Origin: an uncultured Pseudobdellovibrionaceae bacterium | GTDB taxonomy: Bacteria; Bdellovibrionota; Bdellovibrionia; Bdellovibrionales; JAGQZY01 | Length of the DNA stretch: 32,110 nt | NCBI GenBank assembly: GCA_964388755.1 | Contig: CAYMBT010000002.1 | Location: 1-32,110 of the forward strand | Reading direction: 5' to 3' | Made by a program: the position numbers and the translations under genes | In this document: in pieces, positions 25,410 through 32,110 of the stretch | How positions within the stretch are numbered: position 1 is the stretch's first letter | Layout of the letters: every line of letters starts with the position of its first letter | The notes under the pieces: model-generated | Told to the model about the DNA's origin: nothing | What the model saw: the letters and a program-made list of their open reading frames with translations, nothing else | The model's database searches: none

Positions 25410-26012
25410 TTACAGATTCAAGGTCTCACGAATAGTGCGAATGTTTTCTAACAAAGACTGGGCAAATTCAAAAGATAGATCTGATGAAAGATGGTTGTCT
25501 TGGTTCTTGGCCTCAATCACAGTATTTGATTCTTCAACTTGAGGCTTGTCTTTAACTTGTTTTCTCAGTTTTCTAAGGGCACTTTGTGCCCCTTCAATTG
25601 AAAAACGATCTTCGTGAAGAAGTTTTTTGATAAGGAGTGCTGTTTCAACATCTCTTTTAGAATACATTCTTTGACCATTTTTGGATTTTTTGGGCTGAAG
25701 AATATCAAATTCAGATTCCCAGTATCTTAGAACATATTGTTTAACACCCACATAATCGGCGGCTTCGCCAATTTTAAAGGCCATTTTATCAGGGATATTT
25801 TCGATCTTTTTTTGCAATTTAAAAGTGGGTGAAATCCATTCGATTTCAGAAATGGCTTTGTCTTCTTGAGCGCTGGCAAGAGCTGCCTTTTGCTGAGTCT
25901 CAATCAGCTCTGAACTTTGCTCTTGAACCTGGATTTCCTCAGCCAAAGCCTCTTCTACAGTGATCTGAAAGCTGGGATGGGTTTGTTCAAGAAGTCGCTT
26001 CCACTCATTCAT
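25410..26012 (-). CDS. MerR family transcriptional regulator with an acidic/Gln-rich N-terminal extension
   Basis: FKIGEAADYVGVKQYVLRYWESEF...QRMYSKRDVETALLIKKLL is a MerR-type wHTH. The ATG at 26012 overlaps the ihfA stop (ATGAATGA); the longer ORF-track version would overlap ihfA by 107 nt. Confidence 0.8.
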   Translation of the reverse strand: MNEWKRLLEQTHPSFQITVEEALAEEIQVQEQSSELIETQQKAALASAQEDKAISEIEWISPTFKLQKKIENIPDKMAFKIGEAADYVGVKQYVLRYWESEFDILQPKKSKNGQRMYSKRDVETALLIKKLLHEDRFSIEGAQSALRKLRKQVKDKPQVEESNTVIEAKNQDNHLSSDLSFEFAQSLLENIRTIRETLNL

Positions 26013-26337
26013 CGTCTTCGCCTGTATATTCCTGTCCGTTAAGAATGGCTTTAAGAACTTGGCTTGGGCTAAAGTTAAGAACACGTCTAGCACTGATAGT
26101 GATGCGATCACCCGTTTGTGGGTTACGCCCTATGCGGGACTTCTTTTCTCGCACTTCAAATTTTCCGAAGCCCGAGATTTTGACTTTTTCGCCACTCATC
26201 AAACGATCTTTGAGGGTGCCAAAAACCAATTCAACCAGTTCTGAAGCTTCTTTTTTTGAAAAACCAATCTTCTCGTAGACTCTCTCAACGATGTCGGCTT
26301 TGGTCATAGTGGATTTGGAAACGTTCTTTCCTGCCAT
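26005..26337 (-). CDS. ihfA: integration host factor subunit alpha
   Basis: KADIVERVYEK.GFSKKEASELVELVF, GFGKFEVREKKSRIGRNPQTGDRITISARRV (HU/IHF arm); located directly downstream of pheT. Confidence 0.9.
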   Translation of the reverse strand: MAGKNVSKSTMTKADIVERVYEKIGFSKKEASELVELVFGTLKDRLMSGEKVKISGFGKFEVREKKSRIGRNPQTGDRITISARRVLNFSPSQVLKAILNGQEYTGEDDE

Positions 26338-26403
26338 TGAGAAGCCCCCTTAGATGCTTAACGACTGTGTATAGGCTACCAAGTTACTGAAAACTTTCAA
26401 GTT

Positions 26404-28845
26404 TTATCGAATTTCTAGCCCTAGCTTTTGACAGACAGAGTTAACAATTTTATCCCGAATCTGGTTGATAATCTCGTCATTGAGAGTCTCTTTGTCGCTC
26501 TGGAAGCGCAATCGAAAGGCTATGGACTTTCGTCCCATGGCCTCAAGGTCCTTATCCTGATAAAGGTCAAAAACGCTAAGTTCAGTAAGAAGCGGGCCTG
26601 CCCCTTTTTTAATCTCCGAAAGTATTTGTTCGCTGGCCAGTCCCATGGGGGCCAAAAACGCTAAATCTCGTTCAACTGATGGAAACTTAGGAATAGATTT
26701 AAACTGCGGCGAGCGCGGTTGACGAAGAGACAAAGAGTCAAAATTCAGCTCGCACCAAGCCACTTCATTGCGTATTTTAAGCTGATCTTTAATCGCTGGG
26801 TGAAGCGTACCTAAAAGACCCACCGTTTTACCTTCATAAAAAAGAGAGGCTGACTGGCTGGGATGAAAACCCGGTGGCGTTGGGGTAGACTCGTCACTCT
26901 GCTGCCATCGCCAGTTTTTACCACCCATGGATGATAAAAGGGCCTCGATCACAGATTTGAGTTCATAAACAACAACATTCTTTTTTTCTTTGTTCCAAAG
27001 AGTTGTGGATTGTCCCCAAAATACAAAAGCCAAACGATTTTCTTGTAAAAATTGTTTATCTTTTTGGTAAGAAACCGGTGCTATCTCAAACAAACGACCA
27101 TAATGATGACCATGTCTTTCGTTGAAAACTAAATTTTTAAGAAGAGATGGCAAAATGGATTCGCGCATGACAGAGAGTTCTTCGCTAATGGGATTAAGCA
27201 GCTCAATGGCTCGGTCTCCCCCACTCAATCCTAAATTTGTAGAGCTTAAATAATTGGACCAAACCTGATTATGATCACTGGGGCCAATAAAAGCGTAATT
27301 CAGAGCTTGTTTTAATCCAAGGCCCGAGAGGGTTTTTGTGATCTTGCGGGTAAAAATATACATGGGATCATGCAATGTGGGCTCTGAAGAAAGCTGGGGT
27401 AAATTTTCTGCAAGCGAGTCGTAACCATTAAGCCTTGCAAACTCTTCGATCAAGTCTTCTTTGATATTGATATCCCAGCGAAAACTAGGGGGAGTGATAT
27501 CAAACTGATCACCCTGACTTTGAACTTTACAACCCAAACGCAGCATCCAATTTTGAAAATCATTATTCTTAACTTCAAAGCCAAGACGCTCGCTCACCTG
27601 CTGAGTTGTGATTAAAATATTATTTCTTTTTAAAGGCTTTGGATAAAGATCAATAAAACCTTTTTGAACTTCACCACCGGCACAAGATTGAATCAGAACC
27701 GTGGCTCGATCAAGGGCCTTTAATGTTTGCTCAGGGTCAACACCACGAGAAAATCGGTAGCACGAATCTGTCTCAACACCATGAGCGCGGGACGTGCGCC
27801 TGACACCTTCAGATTTAAAAAAAGCGGATTCAATAAAAAGATCAACAGTCTCTGTGCTCACACCAGAATCAAGACCACCAACCACGCCGGCAAGGGCCAC
27901 GGGCTTTTCGCCATCGCGAATGACAAGATCAAGTTCAGAGAGTTTAAGGCTTGTACCATCAAGGGTTTTAAACTCTTCTTGGTTTTTTGCTTTTTCAATA
28001 GTGATTTTATGCTGTTTTATTTTGTTGAAATCAAAGGCGTGCAAAGGCTGGCCATATTCAAAAAGAACATAGTTTGTAACGTCCACAACATTATTAATCG
28101 ATTTAAGTCCTATGGATTCAATGCGACTTTTTAACCAAGGGGGTGAGTCTTGAATCTTTACACCTTTAATCATTCGACCGCAGTATCGGGGACATGAATC
28201 AGCATCAATCAATTTCACTGAAATTTGATCATCTATTTTTTCACCCACTTCTTTAAAAGAAGCTTGTGGTAATTTGATCTTACGATCAAGTAAAGTTGAA
28301 AGCTCTCGAGCAAGACCAATGTGACTTAAACAATCAGCGCGATTAGGAGTCACGTTAAGTTCAAAGACCACATCAGAGTATTCATTAACCTGGGCAAGGG
28401 GTGTCCCTATTTTAAGTTCTGGGTTAAGAATTAAAATTCCATCAGAGCCGGCAGCAAGACCCAATTCTTCATTGGAGCAAAGCATTCCAAAAGACTCAAC
28501 ACCGCGAATTTTTGAAGCCTTGATTTTAAAATCACCTTTAAGAACCGCTCCGACTTTAGCAACGGCAACATTGTCACCGGTTTTGTGATTTTGGGCTCCA
28601 CACACAATCTGTAGCGGCTTATCTTCACCCACATCCACTTGGCAAAGGGTCAGCTTATCGGCATCGGGGTGTTTACCCACCTCTAGTAAATGGCCAACAA
28701 CCACCATATTCCAATGGTCGGCCGGGTTAACCATCTCTTCGACCTCAAGCCCTGCGGCCGTTAGTATGCGAGAAATTTCGGGTAACTTTTTTCGATAGTC
28801 ATCAAGCTCAATGTATTCACTGAGCCAATTGAGAGAGATCTTCAT
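26404..28845 (-). CDS. pheT: phenylalanine--tRNA ligase beta subunit
   Basis: 813 aa. N-terminal [11 protein letters not shown], tRNA-binding domain ([16 protein letters not shown]), B3/4 and B5 domains and a C-terminal FDX-ACB-like domain. ATGA overlap with pheS. Confidence 0.97.
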   Translation of the reverse strand: MKISLNWLSEYIELDDYRKKLPEISRILTAAGLEVEEMVNPADHWNMVVVGHLLEVGKHPDADKLTLCQVDVGEDKPLQIVCGAQNHKTGDNVAVAKVGAVLKGDFKIKASKIRGVESFGMLCSNEELGLAAGSDGILILNPELKIGTPLAQVNEYSDVVFELNVTPNRADCLSHIGLARELSTLLDRKIKLPQASFKEVGEKIDDQISVKLIDADSCPRYCGRMIKGVKIQDSPPWLKSRIESIGLKSINNVVDVTNYVLFEYGQPLHAFDFNKIKQHKITIEKAKNQEEFKTLDGTSLKLSELDLVIRDGEKPVALAGVVGGLDSGVSTETVDLFIESAFFKSEGVRRTSRAHGVETDSCYRFSRGVDPEQTLKALDRATVLIQSCAGGEVQKGFIDLYPKPLKRNNILITTQQVSERLGFEVKNNDFQNWMLRLGCKVQSQGDQFDITPPSFRWDINIKEDLIEEFARLNGYDSLAENLPQLSSEPTLHDPMYIFTRKITKTLSGLGLKQALNYAFIGPSDHNQVWSNYLSSTNLGLSGGDRAIELLNPISEELSVMRESILPSLLKNLVFNERHGHHYGRLFEIAPVSYQKDKQFLQENRLAFVFWGQSTTLWNKEKKNVVVYELKSVIEALLSSMGGKNWRWQQSDESTPTPPGFHPSQSASLFYEGKTVGLLGTLHPAIKDQLKIRNEVAWCELNFDSLSLRQPRSPQFKSIPKFPSVERDLAFLAPMGLASEQILSEIKKGAGPLLTELSVFDLYQDKDLEAMGRKSIAFRLRFQSDKETLNDEIINQIRDKIVNSVCQKLGLEIR

Positions 28846-29867
28846 GATTCAAACTGCCTTAAGAAGCGAACATCGTTTTCAACAAAAAGTCGGATGTCGT
28901 TAATACCATATTTTATAATCGCCATTCTTTCGATCCCAAATCCAAAGGCAAAACCTTGCCACTCTTCGGGATTAATTCCTGCTAGCCTTAAAACCTCTGG
29001 GTGAACAAGGCCACTGCCGCCAATTTCAACCCAACCTGTATGACTGCACATTTTGCAACCCTTGCCCTTACAGAGCGGGCAAGAACAATCCACCTCTGCC
29101 GAAGGTTCGGTGAAGGGAAAAAAGCTGGGGCGAAAACGGGTTTTAATCTCTGATCCAAAAAATTCTTTAATAAAAAAAGAGATGGTCCCTTTAAGGTCGG
29201 ACATGGATACTTTTTTATCCACCAGCAAAGCCTCGATCTGATGAAAATGGGGCGAATGGGATGCATCACTATCGTTTCTAAAAACTCCACCAGGGGCAAG
29301 AACACGAATCGGAGGTTTTTCGCTCTCCATGGTGTGGATTTGAACGGGACTTGTGTGAGTTCTTAAAACATAACCTTGCTCAACGTAAAATGTATCTTGC
29401 ATATCACGAGCAGGATGGTTTTCTGGAATATTAAGGGCCGTGAAATTATAATGATCCGTTTCGATCATGGGGCCAGAGCGCACAGAAAATCCAATGCGAC
29501 TTAAAATATCCACAATTTCATCAATCACTCGCGGGATGGGGTGGACAGTGCCAAGGTTCACTTCTGGGCCAGGAAGAGAGAGATCAATTTTTTCTTTTGA
29601 TAGCTTTTGGCTCAGTTCTTGGGATTTTAATTTTTTTTCTTGGGCCAAATAAAGTTCATCGAGATGAAGGCGAGCGGTATTCACTTTTTGGCCAAATTCG
29701 GGCCGCTCTTCTTTGGGAAGACTCCCAAGCTCTTTCATGAGAAGGGATAACGACCCAGCTTTTCCAAAAAATTTGACCTTCACCTGATAAAGCTCGTCAC
29801 TGGCGAGAGCCAATAAAATTGCTTTTTCAGCTTCGTCTTTGATCTTTTCTAATTTTTCCACTAACAT
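28842..29867 (-). CDS. pheS: phenylalanine--tRNA ligase alpha subunit
   Basis: Class II aaRS motifs ([47 protein letters not shown]). A start at M73 of the ORF-track protein ([15 protein letters not shown]...) gives the canonical 341 aa. The 72-codon upstream extension is not PheS-like. Confidence 0.9.
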   Translation of the reverse strand: MLVEKLEKIKDEAEKAILLALASDELYQVKVKFFGKAGSLSLLMKELGSLPKEERPEFGQKVNTARLHLDELYLAQEKKLKSQELSQKLSKEKIDLSLPGPEVNLGTVHPIPRVIDEIVDILSRIGFSVRSGPMIETDHYNFTALNIPENHPARDMQDTFYVEQGYVLRTHTSPVQIHTMESEKPPIRVLAPGGVFRNDSDASHSPHFHQIEALLVDKKVSMSDLKGTISFFIKEFFGSEIKTRFRPSFFPFTEPSAEVDCSCPLCKGKGCKMCSHTGWVEIGGSGLVHPEVLRLAGINPEEWQGFAFGFGIERMAIIKYGINDIRLFVENDVRFLRQFES

Positions 29868-30035
29868 GCCCCCATAATTAGTGATTTGATCAATATTTTC
29901 AACGTATTCGGCGGTGGCGTGGCGCATAAAAACGACAGCAATTGGAGCCCCTACAAGGGCGGCAAAAAAGGTGCAAAAAGAGGAGTTCATAAAGCTCCGG
30001 TCAAAATCTTTAACTACAACGAAGCCAACTCTCGT

Positions 30036-30665
30036 TTGCAGGATCTTTTTATCAACCACGGCTTTGGTGAAATCGTTGACCATGAAAAGCGCGAAAAGTT
30101 GACCCGCTTCTATCTACTTCTCATGGAGAATCAAAAACGAGAAAATTTTACTCGCCTCACTTCACTTAAAGATGTGGGTATAAAACATTTTTTTGTTTCA
30201 ATGATTGTTAATAAGCAAACGCCTCTTAAGTTTCCACTTCTTGATATGGGCACGGGACCTGGATTCCCGGGCATACCTCTCAAAATTCTTTTAGGCCCTG
30301 AGAAAAAGATTATTTTGGCCGAAGGTGTGCAAAAACGTGTGGAGTTTCTTAAAAAAGTGCGCGATGAACTCAAGCTTGTCAATTTAGATATTATTGGCCG
30401 TAACGTGACCCCTGACTTTGTATACCCAGTCGGTGGCGTTATTACTCGTGCTGTTGAAGACGCTCGAAACACTTTAGCCAATGTTTACAACTGTCTTCCT
30501 GAAGGCGGATGTGTTTATTTGATGAAGGGGCCCAATGTTGATCCCGAAATTAAAATGGCCCTTGATGAATGGGGCGATCGTTATAAGTTAGAAAAAAACA
30601 AGGCTTACATTCTTCCCAACACCACTCACGAGCGAAGACTCCTTGTTTTTAGAAAAATTAAATAA
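30036..30665 (+). CDS. rsmG: 16S rRNA (guanine527-N7)-methyltransferase RsmG (GidB); start codon uncertain
   Basis: [20 protein letters not shown] motif and the NFTRLTS...KHF pattern. There is no ATG before residue 80 of the ORF-track protein. TTG at 30036 gives a typical 209-aa protein ([22 protein letters not shown]...). Alternatives are TTG at 29886 and GTG at 29919. Confidence 0.7.
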   Translation: MQDLFINHGFGEIVDHEKREKLTRFYLLLMENQKRENFTRLTSLKDVGIKHFFVSMIVNKQTPLKFPLLDMGTGPGFPGIPLKILLGPEKKIILAEGVQKRVEFLKKVRDELKLVNLDIIGRNVTPDFVYPVGGVITRAVEDARNTLANVYNCLPEGGCVYLMKGPNVDPEIKMALDEWGDRYKLEKNKAYILPNTTHERRLLVFRKIK

Positions 30666-30727
30666 CTAATTAAGAATTTTAAAAATTAAGCTTTTAAAAA
30701 CGGATCTCTAAAAAACAGAGGATTTTA

Positions 30728-31444
30728 ATGGTTCATATCGATAGTCCACAGAATAGTGTTTTTAAAAGTCTTCTTGAGTTGACAAAAAGTAAGGGTGTCA
30801 AAGATCAAATGAGGGCCCTTGTCAGTGGTGAAAAAATCACCCAAGAGATCTCGCGCCTCAACCAATCCTCTTTTTGGATTTGTCAAAAAGATCAGATCCC
30901 TAGTGGAGATCAATCAAGAACTGTTGTCTTAAGTAGCGAGCTTTTTAAAAAGCTTGATGTTTGCGGAACACATAAACCCTTACTTTGTGCAGAATTTAGT
31001 CCCATCGAAAGTTTAAGTTCTGTTGACTCAACCCAAGCCCAACTTTTTGTGGCACTCAGTGACCCCACAAACCTTGGTGCTCTGATCCGCACCTGCGCTG
31101 CTTTTCAGTGGCCCCAAATTATTTTATTACAAGAATCAGCCCATCCTTTTTTACCCAAAGCCATAAGAGCTGCCAGTGGAACCTGTTTTGCCACAAAATT
31201 TTTTAAAGGCCCATCCATCAAAGATCTCAATGATCCCGAAATCGTGGCCCTGGATCGTGGGGGAAAGATCTTAAAAACCGGTGATCTTAAAAAAAATATG
31301 AAGCTTCTTGTGGGCGAAGAAGGGCAAGGGATTCCAGCCCACTTTGTAGGTCAAAAAATTCAAATTCCCATTTCAAATAAAGTTGAATCGCTCAATGCCA
31401 CCATTGCTACAAGTCTTGTCATCTATGACTGGAGCCGAATTTAA
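30728..31444 (+). CDS. TrmH/SpoU family RNA 2'-O-methyltransferase
   Basis: LLVGEEGQGIP and IPISNKVESLNATIATSLVIYDW (SPOUT knot motifs). AGAGGA RBS. Confidence 0.85.
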   Translation: MVHIDSPQNSVFKSLLELTKSKGVKDQMRALVSGEKITQEISRLNQSSFWICQKDQIPSGDQSRTVVLSSELFKKLDVCGTHKPLLCAEFSPIESLSSVDSTQAQLFVALSDPTNLGALIRTCAAFQWPQIILLQESAHPFLPKAIRAASGTCFATKFFKGPSIKDLNDPEIVALDRGGKILKTGDLKKNMKLLVGEEGQGIPAHFVGQKIQIPISNKVESLNATIATSLVIYDWSRI

Positions 31445-32110
31445 TGCTGCAATTACAATCTCTTTTGGGGCTTTTTGTTTTTGTTTTTATGGCCTTTCTT
31501 TTTTCAAATAATAAAAAACGTATTCCATGGAAAATGGTGAGCATTGGTCTTTTTTTACAGGTCATACTGGCATTTTTAGTTCTAGGTATACCCAGACTTG
31601 GATTCAGTGGACCCTTAAGTGGTTTTTTTAAAGTGGCTAACGACGCTATTTTAAAAGTTTTAAGCTTCACTGAGGCTGGTAGCTCTTTTATGCTGGGACC
31701 CCTGGCCGATCGAGACCAAAGTGGTTTTATTATCGTCTTTCAAATTTTACCTATTATCATATTTTTATCTTCTTTAATGGCCGTACTTTATCACATTGGT
31801 GTTATGCAGTGGGTGGTGAGATCCTTTGCTATTGTCATGCAAAAGGCTTTAAATATCAGTGGTGCAGAATCTCTTGCCATGTCTGCCAATGTTTTTGTGG
31901 GACAAACCGAAGCTCCGCTGATCATTCGCCCCTATCTTAAAAAACTGACTTCATCAGAGCTTTTTTCTGTGATGACCGGTGGTATGGCCACCATTGCTGG
32001 CTCTGTGATGGCCGCCTACGTGGGGCTTTTAAAAGATGTGATCCCTAATATTGGGGGGCACCTTTTAACCGCCAGCATTTTATCAGCACCGGCAGCTCTT
32101 GTGATTGCAA
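31444..32110 (+). CDS. nupC: NupC/CNT family concentrative nucleoside transporter (3'-truncated by the window edge; absent from the ORF track)
   Basis: The ATG at 31444 overlaps the TrmH stop (TAATG). My translation is MLQLQSLLGLFVFVFMAFLFSNNKKRIPWKMV...NVFVGQTEAPLIIRPYL...TGGMATIAGSVMAAYVG, open to the end of the window. Confidence 0.85.
   Translation, partial: MLQLQSLLGLFVFVFMAFLFSNNKKRIPWKMVSIGLFLQVILAFLVLGIPRLGFSGPLSGFFKVANDAILKVLSFTEAGSSFMLGPLADRDQSGFIIVFQILPIIIFLSSLMAVLYHIGVMQWVVRSFAIVMQKALNISGAESLAMSANVFVGQTEAPLIIRPYLKKLTSSELFSVMTGGMATIAGSVMAAYVGLLKDVIPNIGGHLLTASILSAPAALVIA

Noticed and set aside
26428-28634. Several 67-135-aa ORFs antisense to or out of frame within pheT, and similar ones inside the DAACS, MscS, CPA2, pilin and M2 peptidase genes
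   Set aside because: They are nested in strongly supported genes, lack start context and have low-complexity or odd composition. This is typical of shadow ORFs.
31419-31670. 83-aa minus-strand ORF at the window end
   Set aside because: It lies antisense to a clear NupC-family transporter frame that is open from 31444 to the window edge.
1-32110. Scan for CRISPR arrays, IS or transposon ends, integrases, toxin-antitoxin pairs, restriction-modification or other known defence gene signatures
   Set aside because: I could find no regularly spaced direct repeats, no DDE/tyrosine/serine recombinase motifs, no small adjacent TA-like gene pairs, and no nuclease, helicase or methylase motif sets in any long ORF. 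This is by-eye inspection only, and an HMM scan (DefenseFinder/PADLOC, ISEScan) would be the decisive check.

Overview
AT-rich chromosomal window with dense coding on both strands. I call 33 protein genes (one runs off the 3' end and is missing from the ORF track) and one tRNA-Pro(GGG). I see no rRNA, CRISPR array, transposase, integrase, phage genes or recognisable defence or toxin-antitoxin genes. The likely source is a Bdellovibrio-like (Bdellovibrionota/Oligoflexia) bacterium. This is inferred from a delta-60-repeat lipoprotein, the pheS-pheT-ihfA-merR gene order and a pilin-like gene, and it is not proven. Most genes are housekeeping: hslO, two SixA/PGAM-type histidine phosphatases, a FAH-family hydrolase, a rhomboid protease coupled to an RDD protein, msrA, a DAACS symporter, nitronate monooxygenase, a DUF4442 hotdog protein, a 5'-nucleotidase-like phosphoesterase, pheST, ihfA, a MerR regulator, rsmG, a TrmH-family methyltransferase and nupC. 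The least ordinary stretch is an envelope gene block at about 11.1-17.7 kb. It holds a 7-bladed delta-60 repeat lipoprotein, an ACE-like M2 zinc peptidase, a Cys-rich lipoprotein and a GT-C/ArnT-like membrane glycosyltransferase candidate. That last gene converges, with overlapping stop codons, on an orphan, very large type IVb-like prepilin. Other points worth a second look are a translationally coupled MscS-like / divergent CPA-like / CPA2 operon and a GTGA-coupled RDD-rhomboid pair. There is also a 30-nt repeat family forming a 20-bp hairpin next to tRNA-Pro, a perfect 25-bp GC-rich hairpin between convergent genes, and an 11-4-11 inverted repeat in the hslO divergent promoter region. I do not see an unambiguous new multi-gene 'system'. 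The findings are candidates with modest scores, and every functional call rests on motifs read by eye, not on database searches.
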